Source: an uncultured Acidobacteriota bacterium
Lineage (GTDB): Bacteria; Acidobacteriota; Thermoanaerobaculia; Multivoradales; UBA5704
Length of the DNA: 64,000 nt
Assembly (NCBI GenBank): GCA_963700145.1
Contig: OY969474.1
Coordinates: forward strand, 832,001 to 896,000
Reading direction: 5' to 3'
Shown: positions 11,465 to 23,132 of the stretch, piece after piece
How the letters are laid out: every line of letters begins with the position of its first letter
How positions within the stretch are numbered: position 1 is the first letter of the stretch
The notes under the pieces: model-generated
Seen by the model: only the letters and a program-made list of their open reading frames with translations
What the model was told of the DNA's origin: nothing
Databases searched by the model: none
Position numbers and translations under genes: made by a program

Positions 11465-13819
11465 TCAGGCGAGGCTTTTCTGGCTTTCGACGAGCTCCCA
11501 GAGGCGGCTGGGCTTGAGCGGGATCTCCAGGATCTCCAAGCCCGGCACGTCGAGGGCGTCCTCGACCGCCTGGGCGAAGAGGGCGCCGGTGGGGATCGCG
11601 CCCGCCTCGCCCGCGCCCTTGGTGCCGAGGGCGTTGAGCGGCGAGACGGTCTCCTCGTGCCCGACGTCGACGCGCGGCACGTCGAGGGCGGTGGGCAGCA
11701 GGTAGTCCATGAACGAGGCGTTGGTGAGCTGGCCGTTGTCGTCGTAGGCCAGCTCCTCGTAGAAGGCGTTGCCGAGACCCTGCGCCACGCCGCCGTGCAC
11801 CTGGCCGTCGACGATGAGCGGGTTGAGCACGCGCCCGCAGTCGTGGACGACGACGTACTTCTCGATTTTCACCTGCATCGTCTCGGGGTCGATCTCGACG
11901 ATCATGGCGTGGGCGCCGCTGGCGGTGGCGCCGCGGTGCGGGCCGAAGTAGTTGGTGGCCTCGAGGCCCGGCTCGGTGCCGGGCTTGACGGCGCCGCGCA
12001 TCGGGTTGGCGCGCTTGGCCAGCTCGCCGAGGCCGATCGCCTTCCCCGGCTCGGCGCGCACCCGCGCCGCGCCATCCGCCAGCTCGACCTCCTCCTCCCC
12101 CACCCCCAGCTCCTCGGCGGCCAGGCGCAGCGCCTTGCGCCGCACGTCCTTCGCCGCCTCGTGGACGGCGTTGCCCGCCACCACCGCGCCGCGGCTGGCG
12201 AAGGTGCCGGTGCCCCAGTGGAACTGGTCGGTGTCGCCGGTCACCACCTCGACGTCCACGACGGCGACGCCGAGCTGCTCGGCGGCGATCTGCGCGAAGA
12301 CGGTGTAGTGCCCCTGCCCCTGGGTGCCGATGCCGGTGACGACCGTCACCTTGCCGTTCGTCTGCACCTGCACGCGCGCCCCCTCGAAGGGGCCGATCCC
12401 CGTCCCCTCGACGTAGGCCACGACGCCGATCCCCGCCTTGCGCCCGGCGGCGCGGCGGGCCGGCTGCTCCTCGCGGCGGAACCGCTCCCAGCCGATCATC
12501 GCCAGCGCCTTGTCGAGGATCGGCTCGTAGTTGCCGCTGTCGTAAACGAGGGGCGCGAAGTCCTGGTAGATGATCTCGTTGTCGACGGGGAAATCCTCGG
12601 GGCGCAGGAAGTTGCGGCGGCGGATCTCGGCCGGGTCGAGCCCCAGCTCGCGCGCCGCGAGGTCGAGCAGGCGCTCGACGACGAAGACCCCGTGCTGCCG
12701 CCCGGCGCCGCGGTAGGGGGTGACGATCGTCTTGTTGGTGAAGACGGCGCGGAACTCGCTGTCGTAAGCCGGCACCTGATAGGGCCCCAGGAGCGTGCAC
12801 TGGCTGTTGAGCGGCACCGTCAGGCCGTAAGGGTCGTAGGCGCCGGTGTCGTGGAGAAAGGAGTCCTGGAGCCCAAGGATGCGGCCGTCGCTCGCCAGCG
12901 CGATCTCGGCGTCGTGGAGCTGCCCGCGCTCGTGCGTCGTGGCGACGAAGTTCTCCGCCCGGTCCTCCAGCCACTTGACCGGCCGGTCCAAGCGCAGCGC
13001 CAGCCAGGGGACGACCACCTCCTCGGGGTAGAACATCATGATCTTCGGCCCGAAGCCGCCGCCGATGAAGGGCGCCACCAGGCGCACCTGGTGCTCGGAG
13101 AGCCCGAGCATGGCGGCGAGGCCGTTGCGCACCGGGATCGGCGCCTGCGTCGTGTCCCAGATCGAGAGCCGCTGGGCGCGCGCGTCCCACTGCGCGACGA
13201 CGCCGCGGTTCTCGATCGCCGCCGCGGTGCCGCGGTCGTACCAGAGGCGACGGCGCAGCACGAGGTCGGCCGCGGCCTTCGCCGCGCCGTAGTCGCCCTT
13301 CCGCTGCACGACGTGGGCGGCGAGGTTCGAGCCCAAGTCCTCGTGCACCAGCGCCGCGCCGGGCGCCAGTGCCGCCTCGAGGTCCACGACGGCGGGCAGC
13401 GCCTCGTACTCGACCTCGATCGTCTCCAGCGCGTCCTCGGCAAGGTAGCGGCTGGCGGCCACCACCACCGCCACGGGCTCGCCGACGTGCCGCACCTTCC
13501 TCTTCGCCAGCGGCACCTGCGTCCGCTCGTTGAAGACCATGTCGGAAACGGGGGGTGGAGGAACCAACAGGGGGCCCGGCTGCCAGTAGGCGCCGAGGTC
13601 GTCCGCGGTGTAGACCGCGACCACCCCCGGTATCTCCCGCGCCCGCGCGACGTCGATCCGCCCGAGCCGCGCGTGAGCGTACGGGCTGCGCAGGAAGGCG
13701 GCGTGGAGCATCCCCGGCAGCTCGACGTCGTCCACGAAGAGCGCCTGCCCGGTGAGCAGGCGCGGGTCCTCGTTGCGCTTGGTGCGCGCGCCGACGACGG
13801 AGCCCGCCGCCTCGGTCAT
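11465..13819 (-). CDS. Xanthine dehydrogenase-family molybdopterin-binding large subunit (CoxL form II-like)
   Basis: EDPRLLTG, GGGFGPK, PYRGAGR, QGQGH, GQVHGGVAQG and KGAGE motifs. ATG at 13819 overlaps the upstream cyclase stop (ATGA). Confidence 0.9.
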   Translation of the reverse strand: MTEAAGSVVGARTKRNEDPRLLTGQALFVDDVELPGMLHAAFLRSPYAHARLGRIDVARAREIPGVVAVYTADDLGAYWQPGPLLVPPPPVSDMVFNERTQVPLAKRKVRHVGEPVAVVVAASRYLAEDALETIEVEYEALPAVVDLEAALAPGAALVHEDLGSNLAAHVVQRKGDYGAAKAAADLVLRRRLWYDRGTAAAIENRGVVAQWDARAQRLSIWDTTQAPIPVRNGLAAMLGLSEHQVRLVAPFIGGGFGPKIMMFYPEEVVVPWLALRLDRPVKWLEDRAENFVATTHERGQLHDAEIALASDGRILGLQDSFLHDTGAYDPYGLTVPLNSQCTLLGPYQVPAYDSEFRAVFTNKTIVTPYRGAGRQHGVFVVERLLDLAARELGLDPAEIRRRNFLRPEDFPVDNEIIYQDFAPLVYDSGNYEPILDKALAMIGWERFRREEQPARRAAGRKAGIGVVAYVEGTGIGPFEGARVQVQTNGKVTVVTGIGTQGQGHYTVFAQIAAEQLGVAVVDVEVVTGDTDQFHWGTGTFASRGAVVAGNAVHEAAKDVRRKALRLAAEELGVGEEEVELADGAARVRAEPGKAIGLGELAKRANPMRGAVKPGTEPGLEATNYFGPHRGATASGAHAMIVEIDPETMQVKIEKYVVVHDCGRVLNPLIVDGQVHGGVAQGLGNAFYEELAYDDNGQLTNASFMDYLLPTALDVPRVDVGHEETVSPLNALGTKGAGEAGAIPTGALFAQAVEDALDVPGLEILEIPLKPSRLWELVESQKSLA

Positions 13820-14673
13820 GCCTTCTCCTCGACGAACGCCACGACCCGTGCGAAGGCCGCCTCGCCGCCCTTGAAGCGGAAGGGGAAGCAGCCGAGCCAG
13901 ACCTTCTGGTCGAGCACCTCGTCGATCTGGCCGCCGACGTTCTCGGCGTGGAAGACCCCGTGCGGGAAGAGCTTGACGTGCATGCACTGGTAGTCGGCCG
14001 GCCAGGGGAAGGCCTCGTCGAGCGACATGCCGATGGCCTTCTCCACCTCGGGCACGAGGTCGGGGCGGGCGCGGCGGACGTTGGTGTTGAACGGGTGGTC
14101 GGCGGCGATGCAGTCGACCGCCAGCCAGCGGACGCCGCGGTCGAGGATCCAGTCGACGAAACGGGACTGCGGCCCGGGGTGCTTCAAGAAGATGCGCGGC
14201 AGGTCGGGCTCGTGGGCGCTCTCCTCGACGACGTCGCGCACCGTGCAGCGCTTCGCCTTGTACCAGTCCTCGTTGTAGAAGCGGTGGTAGCCGGTGTGGA
14301 TGATGAGGATGTCGCCGCGCTCGATGCGGATGCCGGTCTTCGCCTCCCAGGCCTCGAAGTGCTCGGGGCCGTAAATCTGGTAGTCGCCGATGCCGAGCCC
14401 CGCCAGGTCGACGATGCAGGCCGGCCCGAACAGCGTCTCGATCGGGATGCCGGCGATGTCCGGTCCCGGGTCGTAGAAGTGGATCGGCGAGTCGAGGTGC
14501 GTGGCGATGTGGTTGGTCGTCGAGATGAGCTGCGCGTTGACCCCCTCGAAGGCCATGCGCTTGACCCACTTCACCGTCGGCCCCTCGTAAAACGCGAACG
14601 CCGGCGAGTCCATCGAGAAGTTCTGCGACAGGTCGAGCAGCTTGACCTTGCTCAGGTCGTAGGGGACGTACAT
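13816..14673 (-). CDS. Cyclase family metal-dependent amidohydrolase (kynurenine formamidase-like)
   Basis: HIATHLDSPIHF (HxGTHxDxPxH-like), GDILIIHTG, HAENV and terminal ARVVA. Confidence 0.85.
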   Translation of the reverse strand: MYVPYDLSKVKLLDLSQNFSMDSPAFAFYEGPTVKWVKRMAFEGVNAQLISTTNHIATHLDSPIHFYDPGPDIAGIPIETLFGPACIVDLAGLGIGDYQIYGPEHFEAWEAKTGIRIERGDILIIHTGYHRFYNEDWYKAKRCTVRDVVEESAHEPDLPRIFLKHPGPQSRFVDWILDRGVRWLAVDCIAADHPFNTNVRRARPDLVPEVEKAIGMSLDEAFPWPADYQCMHVKLFPHGVFHAENVGGQIDEVLDQKVWLGCFPFRFKGGEAAFARVVAFVEEKA

Positions 14674-14941
14674 TCTGCGGCTCTCCTCAGGGTTCCAGGC
14701 GTCGAGAGACAGAGGATAGCGTACCGCTGACCGGCGCCGGCCAAGCCCGCGTGCTCCTGATATCAGCGCGAGCGACTAGGCCGCCGGTTCAATCGGCCTT
14801 GATCTGCTCCCAAACGCCCTTCTCGCCACGGTCAGCCTGATCCACGCGTTCGGCGCGTGGGTGCTGCCCAAGAGGTCGCGAGGTGCGCGCGCAACGCGAT
14901 CATCACGCGCGTGAGCTTGCCGCATCGCGGCGGATGCCCTA

Positions 14942-17900
14942 TTAGCTCGAAGGCACGGCGCGAACCGGGAACGGGCCATAGCGTGGGCGACGAACGAAGC
15001 GGTCCGGCTGCGCTTCGACGACACCACGGATTCGCAGGACCGACTGAAGTTGTTTCTCGGCTTGCTCGCGAAAGTAGAAGGCGGCAGGCCCATCACTCTC
15101 TCGGATGAGAGCACGCGCAGACTGGGCGCACTGCTCGGCGAACGTCAGGTCTCCGATAAGAACGAACTTGTCACCGTCACGCTCGTGGTCGAGCAAGATC
15201 GCGCTCATTTGCACATAGGCGCTGGACAGCTTTACACGGTTGTCGAACGAGTCGTCTCCTCTCAACATGCGGACACCGCGGATCGACCCCGCGCGGAACA
15301 GCTTCCAAAAGCCGTAGTATCTGACGCGATCATCCTCGTCCTGCCATTGCGAGCTCCACATCGCACTGCTTTCGTAGCGCTCGGCAATCGGCAAGAGGTC
15401 AATCGGGTAGGCCTCGTCCCTCGCCGCGCGATCGGTAAGCCGCCGGCGGTCGCCATCAGGCAGAGCAGCGATTTGTGACATGCGTGTAATCAGGTCCCGC
15501 ACGACGGGAGAGGCGGTCAGCGATTCTCCATGAAATGAATCCATCCAGATGCAGCGGGGAAACATCTGAACCAAAGGGTCGCTGTCGATCACCGCTAGGA
15601 AGCTCTTAAGAGGTGGCAGCAACAACACAGTTCGATCCCACCTGTTCATCCGATAGGCGAGATCGAGTTCGAAACGAACACCCTCGCTAAGCATGTAACA
15701 TTCCGACACGATCAGGTCGGCGAACGGGATCAGAGACGCAGCGACCTCACGCCAGTGCTCGTCCCCAAGAAGAAGAGCCGGGGCAGAGCGGTCGAAGCGG
15801 CTGCCACTCCCTGAGTAGTCTGGAAGAACATTTTCGTGTTCCTGAATTGTCAGCACCTGAGCACCCGGCGGCATGGCTTCGTGTAGAACATTCTCGATCA
15901 ATTGCGGCCCGAACTCCATTGGGCCATGAGCCACCATGAAGTCATACTTGCGAAAGTAGAGTGCAAACGGCAATCCCTGCGTATTGTAGTTCCCAATAAC
16001 GGCGAGTGCTGCCTCGTGCAACTGGATGCGCCGCCCCGGTCCGGACTTTCTGGGCTCCTCCGTGATCCTCGCAGGTTGCCGCCGCTCCTTCCTTGGCCTG
16101 ACTACCGCGCTGGCGGCAACCTCTTCTATCTCCTCAACCGATGCCTTTGCCTCTTCGACACAGCCGAGTGCCAGCAGCGCCTTCGAATGGATCCTTAGCA
16201 GCTCGTTCCGAAGTAGTCTCAAGTCACAGCTCGACGCCAGATCCAGAAAATCGTCGGCGAGGGCCAACGACGCTTGGTAGTTCCCCTCGCCGAGTGCGAG
16301 CTCGGCGGCAATCGACGCCAGCTCGCAGCGTGCAGCAGCATCGTCGAGTTTGTCGGCTAGATGGCGCAGTTGCACGATCGACTCGCGCGCTCCTTGATTG
16401 CTTTCGCCCGCCAATTGCGCGCGCAGAAGCAAAGTGCGCATCGTGAGACCCTGCGGTGACTCCAACCGCTCCTGCGACCAACGCGCAAGCTGTGAACTGA
16501 GGATGCGCACCGCATCGTCCGACCTGCCGGCGCCCAGCGCGACCAAAGCGGCCGGCCTCCCGTCGAAGAGTTCTTCCGCATTGACCTCACTGCTCGGTCC
16601 GCCCACCGGAACGATCGCGAAGCGGTTGAACTCCGATAACGCCCTTCGGGCACGCGCATGCACTGCCACCAGGTCGTCCAGGACCACCGCCGCGCCGTCG
16701 GCATCTTGCCCGGCAGCCGCAATGCTCATGATCACGTGGAACGCATGGTCATACGCAGACATGACCTCTTCCGTCGGGAGTCCTTCGTTCTTCCGCATGC
16801 CGTCTCTTGCGTGCTGCTCGGCACTCTCCGCCCATTGCATCGCCTCCCGCAGTCGCCCGCCCAACAGGAGGGCCTCGGCTGCATGGCGTGCGAGCATCGA
16901 CTTATCCCACGGCCGGAGGTCTTCAGTGACCATACCGTAAGCAGCAACCGACGCCTCCGCTGCGAGCCCCGCATCGCCGCCGCAAATTGCGTGCACGCCC
17001 CAGTCGTTGATAACGGCCAGCGCTCCCGCGGACTCCCTTAACGCCGGAGAGATCTTGTGCGGTGAACATCCGTCGTTGAGGGTGAAGCATGCGCGAGCGC
17101 CGAGGTGAATGGCGTTCTCGCTCTGTAGCCGGGAGAAGTTGCCGAGCCGCTTCCAGTAGCACAGGACGGCATTCTGCATGTCTCCGACCTCGAGCCGATG
17201 CACCATCACCCGTTCCAGGAGGTCATGAAACAACTCCGGGTCATCCTCGATCGCGAGCTCGACGTAGCGCAGCAGCTCGTCGCTCTCGAGTTTATCAGCC
17301 ACCGATGCGTGGACAATCGCAGCGCGGGCTGGGGGCAGGAGACGACGTCGCACGTCCTCATGCATCTGGAACCGCTCGCCGCTTTTCCCGACCTCGAGAA
17401 GCTCGACAAGGCCGGCGCTCACCGCTTTGTCGAGGACCTTGCGTACCACCACGGGTGTGGCGAGCGACGGTTGGGTCTCGTGTTGTCCAGTAAGCAGCCC
17501 GATGAGCCAACCACTGCTCGCCTTCCGCGAAGACGCGAGTACTTCGAGGATCGTGACCGGGCCCGACTCGACGGATCGCTCCTGGTCCGCCGACGGTCGC
17601 GCCGCCGAAAGCTCGATAGTGGTGACGGCCTCTACTTGAAGATCGCGGGCGGGCCGCGACCGTGAGGTCACGAGGATGCTCAGCTCCGGCCATCTGCTAC
17701 GAGCCGCAGCTGAAAGAAGATGGCGCAGCCGCAGGTCGGATACCTGTCCGAGGCGCTTCTCATCTCTATATTGCACTGTGTCAAGAGCGTCGAGTACTAG
17801 CACCTGTTCTGGATCGGCACTTAATCGAGTGAATAGCCCCGCAGTGGTTCGATCATCGAAAACTTGCTGCAGGCAGCGATCGGGGCTGGCGGCGGAGAGC

Positions 17901-18106
17901 GACAGAACACGAGCGCGTTCCCGGTGCGCGAGGGCGGCCCGAACGACCGCGGTCTTGCCGGAGCCCGAAGGGCCCACGAGCCAGCAGATGGGAGTCTGCC
18001 GCTGCTGCAGCCAATCCGTGACCGCGTAAATTGCAGGATGAATTGCGTCGGGTTCATTCACGACGGTTTCAATTGCCAGTCCCAGGCTTACACAGGTGAC
18101 TTTCAA
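14942..18106 (-). CDS. STAND-like NTPase with helical repeats and a C-terminal TIR/NDT-like domain; lower-GC gene
   Basis: GPSGSGKT, VLVLDALD, ILVTSR and FQMHEDVR (MHD-like); Ala/Leu-rich helical middle; C-terminal ALYFRKYD...WREVAASL...SEGVRFELDLA. Start codon uncertain. Confidence 0.6.
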   Translation of the reverse strand: MKVTCVSLGLAIETVVNEPDAIHPAIYAVTDWLQQRQTPICWLVGPSGSGKTAVVRAALAHRERARVLSLSAASPDRCLQQVFDDRTTAGLFTRLSADPEQVLVLDALDTVQYRDEKRLGQVSDLRLRHLLSAAARSRWPELSILVTSRSRPARDLQVEAVTTIELSAARPSADQERSVESGPVTILEVLASSRKASSGWLIGLLTGQHETQPSLATPVVVRKVLDKAVSAGLVELLEVGKSGERFQMHEDVRRRLLPPARAAIVHASVADKLESDELLRYVELAIEDDPELFHDLLERVMVHRLEVGDMQNAVLCYWKRLGNFSRLQSENAIHLGARACFTLNDGCSPHKISPALRESAGALAVINDWGVHAICGGDAGLAAEASVAAYGMVTEDLRPWDKSMLARHAAEALLLGGRLREAMQWAESAEQHARDGMRKNEGLPTEEVMSAYDHAFHVIMSIAAAGQDADGAAVVLDDLVAVHARARRALSEFNRFAIVPVGGPSSEVNAEELFDGRPAALVALGAGRSDDAVRILSSQLARWSQERLESPQGLTMRTLLLRAQLAGESNQGARESIVQLRHLADKLDDAAARCELASIAAELALGEGNYQASLALADDFLDLASSCDLRLLRNELLRIHSKALLALGCVEEAKASVEEIEEVAASAVVRPRKERRQPARITEEPRKSGPGRRIQLHEAALAVIGNYNTQGLPFALYFRKYDFMVAHGPMEFGPQLIENVLHEAMPPGAQVLTIQEHENVLPDYSGSGSRFDRSAPALLLGDEHWREVAASLIPFADLIVSECYMLSEGVRFELDLAYRMNRWDRTVLLLPPLKSFLAVIDSDPLVQMFPRCIWMDSFHGESLTASPVVRDLITRMSQIAALPDGDRRRLTDRAARDEAYPIDLLPIAERYESSAMWSSQWQDEDDRVRYYGFWKLFRAGSIRGVRMLRGDDSFDNRVKLSSAYVQMSAILLDHERDGDKFVLIGDLTFAEQCAQSARALIRESDGPAAFYFREQAEKQLQSVLRIRGVVEAQPDRFVRRPRYGPFPVRAVPSS

Positions 18107-18256
18107 CGCGACAAGGGCTTCGAAGCTTTCCTTGATATCGCAATCGTATACGGCGGCACCTGAGGCCCCTCCGCGAGGCGGTCCGGCGGGAAAAAGATAG
18201 CGTAATGGTGGAGATTAGTTGCACGCTACCGCTGTCGGCGCAAGCAGCGGGGCCAA

Positions 18257-19839
<1,583 letters not shown>

Positions 19840-19843
<4 letters not shown>

Positions 19844-21354
19844 GAGGTCCTTCCTTCCGGCGGCGGACCGGTCGCCGCCTCGAAGACCGGCACCCCGGTG
19901 AGCACGCCGCGGAAGTCGCGCAGCGGCGGCCCGACGCTGATCCGGCCCTTCTCCATCCGGAACTCGCGGATCGTCCGCTCGTGCGCCCCCCCGCGCTTCT
20001 TCACCACCGAGATCGCCTGCCGGATCTCCCCCCTCGCCTCGTAGTAGCGCAGCAGGATCACGGCGTCGGCGAGATAGCTGGCGTCGACGGGCGCGATCAT
20101 CGGGCCGCCGACCAAGCCGTGATGGGCGCCGATCAAGACCGTGGCCACCCCCGCCTGTCCGAGGAACGTCAACAGCTCGTGGAGCTGGATGATCAGGAAC
20201 CGCTCCTCCGGCATGGCGTTGAGATAGCCGTTCAAGCTGTCGATGACGACCACCGACGCGCCATCGCGCTCCACGGCGCGGCGGATGGCGTGCGCGAACT
20301 CGCCCGGCGACAGCTCGGCCGGGTCCACCTGCCGGATCGCCACCCGGCCCCCGTCCAGATGCTTCCGCAGGTCGATCCCCAGCCCGGCGCAGCGGGTCAA
20401 CAGGGTGTTGAGGCTCTCGTCGAAGATGAACAGGGCGGCCTTCTGCCCCTTCTCGGCCGCCGACACCACGAACTGCGCGGCCACCGACGACTTCCCGGAC
20501 CCGGCCGCGCCGACGATCAGCGTGCTGGTGCCGTGCTCGAGGCCGCCGCCGAGCAGGGTGTCCAGCTCGGCGATGCCGCTGGCGAGCTTTTCCGCCACCG
20601 GAGCCTGGCGGTGCTCGCCCGCGACGATGCGCGGAAAGACGTCGATCCCGCCGCGCCGGATGATGTAGTCGTGGAAGCCGCCGCGGAAGCCCACGCCGCG
20701 GTACTTGACGACGAGGAGCCGCCGCCGCTCGGCGCCGTACTCCGGATTGAGCTGCTCCAGCCGCACCACGCCGTGCGCGATGCTCTGGACCTGCAAGTCG
20801 TGGGCGGTGCCGGTCAGGTCGTCGAGCAGCAGCACCGTGCAGCAGCGGCCGGCGAAGAACTGCTTGAGGGCGAGGATCTGCCGGCGGTAGCGCAGCGGGT
20901 TTCCGGCCAGAAGGCGCAGCTCCGAGAGCGAATCGAACGCCACCCGCGCCGGCTTGATCCGCTCGACGTCCGTGAGGATCGCCTTCGTCGTCTCGCTCAG
21001 CTCGACTTCCGACGGGTGGAACATCGTGTACTGGTCGTCCGGCCGCAGGCTCTCTTCCGAGGGCACCAGCTCGCGGATGGTGATGCCGTCCAGCGACCAG
21101 CCGTGCGAGGCTGCCACCTCGCGCAGCTCCTGCTCGGTCTCCGACAGAGTCACGTAGAGGACCGGCTCGCCGAGCCGGACGCCCTCCATCAGGAACTGCA
21201 GCGCCAGCGTCGTCTTGCCCGAGCCGGGCACGCCTTCGATCAGGTACAGCCGATTCGGGGTGAACCCTCCCCGCAGGACGTCGTCGAGACCTTCGATACC
21301 GGTGGCGGCGCGGGCCGCGGCAAGCGCTGCGGAGGGATGCGTGTCGGCGGCCAT
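19840..21354 (-). CDS. KaiC-like tandem RecA-superfamily ATPase
   Basis: Two P-loops (GVPGSGKT, GAAGSGKS), TGIEGLD/SGIAELD domain starts, VVKYRG/VVKKRG; SY at the position of the KaiC ST phosphosites. Confidence 0.9.
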
Positions 21355-21365
21355 GAAGGCCGATC

Positions 21366-22049
21366 CTACTGCCGCTGCGGGGGCCGCGCGGGCGGCGCCG
21401 CGGCCAGAAGGGCGTCGAGCTTCTCCTTGAGCATCGCGTACGGCGGCAACCCCTTGACGATGTCCAGGACCTCGACCTTGTCGCCGCCCGGGACCCGGCG
21501 CCCGAGCAGGAAGCTCGGTGTGCTGTAGACGCCGAGGCCGTTGACGATCCGCACGTCGTCGCGGATCCCGGCGAGGTGCCGATTGCTCGACAGGCAGGCC
21601 TTGAAGGCGGCGACGTCCAGGCCGAGCTCCTTGGCGTAGGTCGCCAGGTCGTCCGCGGCGAGCGCCCGCTGGTTCGCGAACAGCTGATGGTGCATGTCCC
21701 AGAACTTCTGCTGCTCGCCGGCGCAGGCGGCCGCCTTGGCGGCTTCGAGCGCGCGCGGATGCATCTGGAGGGGGAGGTCGAGGAAGATGAGCTCGACCTT
21801 GCCGTTCTTGACGTACTCCTCGTAGACCTGCGGCAGCACCTCACGGGCGCCTTGACCGCAGTAGGGTCACTGGAAGTCGGAGACCTCGATCAGGACGAGC
21901 TGGGGCGAGCCCTCCTTGAGCGACGGGTCGTCGCCGACCGGGATCTTGGGTCCCTTCTTGGCGAGCGCCCAGGCGTGCGGACCGGAGAGGACAAGGGCGA
22001 AGCCCGCTGCGACGGCCCATCGGGAGGTGCCACGAAGTCTGACGGTCAT
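21366..22049 (-). CDS. Exported DsbA/thioredoxin-fold oxidoreductase, probable selenoprotein (UxxC)
   Basis: The two ORF-track pieces are in the same frame, joined by TGA at 21869-21867: EVSDFQ-U-PYC. Signal peptide, cis-Pro STP motif, AGGAGG RBS. Confidence 0.85.
21828..21861 (-). promoter_or_regulatory. Candidate bacterial SECIS element
   Basis: CTGCGGT-CAA-GGCGCC-[CGTGA]-GGTGCT-GCCGCAG hairpin. The loop starts 21 nt after the UGA and has G at position 2. Confidence 0.65.
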
Positions 22050-22095
22050 GGATGGAGCCTCCTTCTCAGATCTTCGAGTCTAGCAAGACCCCTGT

Positions 22096-22330
22096 CAGAT
22101 GCCCTTGTGCAGCACGTAGTGCCGGGACTGCGGGTGACGACGTCGGCCCAGTCGGCGAGCTGCCGGAGCTTGCCGACCAGCTCGTCGCGGTCGAGCTCGA
22201 GGACCTCGTAGGCGCCCGCCTGCGGCTCGTCCACCGGGAACGAGTAGAGCCCGCGCAGGCGGAGGGCCGGCGGGCCGAGCGCGAGGAGGCCGGCCCAGGC
22301 CGCGCAGACGTCGCGCAGCGTGTCGGCGCC
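22096..22330 (-). pseudogene. 3' remnant of a small hypothetical gene, frameshifted near its end
   Basis: Reads DTLRDVCAAWAGLLALGPPALRLRGLYSF...GAYEVLELDRDELVGKLRQLADWA, then HYVLHKGI-stop in another frame. There is no start codon because it abuts the toxin gene. Confidence 0.4.
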
Positions 22331-22339
22331 GTCCCGTTG

Positions 22340-22666
22340 TCAGCCCTCCGGCTCGAGGAGCCGGAGGCGCAGCAGCTTCCTGGCCACCGAGTAGATATCG
22401 TCTTTGCTGCCTTCCTTGCGAATCCCGACGGCCACGACGAGCACGACGACGCGCTGTCGCTCGAGCCGGTAGAGGATGCGGTACCGCTGACCGACCGCGC
22501 GCAGACTCCGCACGCCGTGCAGCTCTCCCGTGAGAGGCTTTCCTTGCTTCTCCGGTTCGTTCGCCAGGCCGTCGATTCGCTCGCTCAGGCCCTGCCGGAC
22601 ACGCCGATCACGGATGCTCCCGAGCATCCGCTGCGCTACTGACGTCAGCTCGATCGACCATGTCAC
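22340..22666 (-). CDS. Type II toxin, RelE/ParE family
   Basis: GKPLTGEL...RSLRAVGQRYRILY...VLVVAVGIR; 4-bp overlap with the antitoxin. Confidence 0.85.
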   Translation of the reverse strand: MTWSIELTSVAQRMLGSIRDRRVRQGLSERIDGLANEPEKQGKPLTGELHGVRSLRAVGQRYRILYRLERQRVVVLVVAVGIRKEGSKDDIYSVARKLLRLRLLEPEG

Positions 22667-22932
22667 AGGTCCAGCTCGGACTTGACCTGCTTCCAGGGGA
22701 TTGTCTCGCCGCGCTCGGCCTGCTCGAGGCTTTCTCTCAACTCCGACATCAGCTCGTCGTCGGCCATGATCTCAAGCGTCTCCACAAGCCCCTCGTAGAG
22801 CTCCCAGGGCAGGATAGCGAGGACCGGCTCACCCCGCCTGGTCACTACGACAGCACCCGGTTCCTCGGCCAGCCGCTCCGGCAGCGAGGTCAGCTCGTCA
22901 CGAGCCTGGGTCATGGGGAGATGCCTCGTCAT
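22663..22932 (-). CDS. Type II antitoxin, Phd/YefM family
   Basis: TQARDELTSL...VVVTRRGEPVLAIL...YEGLVETLEI; acidic C-terminus. Confidence 0.85.
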   Translation of the reverse strand: MTRHLPMTQARDELTSLPERLAEEPGAVVVTRRGEPVLAILPWELYEGLVETLEIMADDELMSELRESLEQAERGETIPWKQVKSELDL

Positions 22933-22949
22933 GGAACTGTCCCTCAGGA

Positions 22950-22967
22950 TGTACAGCTAACTGTACG
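22950..22967. promoter_or_regulatory. Palindromic TA operator
   Basis: GTACAG-CTAA-CTGTAC inverted repeat containing TGTACA (the YefM-type operator core), about 20 bp upstream of the antitoxin ATG. Confidence 0.65.
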
Positions 22968-23132
22968 TCTCGTAAGCCGCGCGGTCAAGTCGCGCTTTGA
23001 CCAGGTCTGGCGGCGGGTTCATGGCCACGAGAGCGGTCCCAAGCGTCGGCGACGCCCCCTGGCGTACGGACCGGCCGTCCGATCGACGAGCAGGAAGTGG
23101 TGGTCGAGGCTCAGGGTCTCGCGCGGCGCCGG

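Noticed and set aside
11465-13819. True aerobic CO dehydrogenase (form I coxL)
   Set aside because: The active-site loop is PYRGAGR rather than AYxCSFR, and there are no coxDEF accessory genes.
14715-18204. GATAGCGTA repeated on both sides of the STAND gene as a target-site duplication
   Set aside because: Both copies sit just upstream of minus-strand genes and read TACGCT, a -10-like box; they are more simply two similar promoters.
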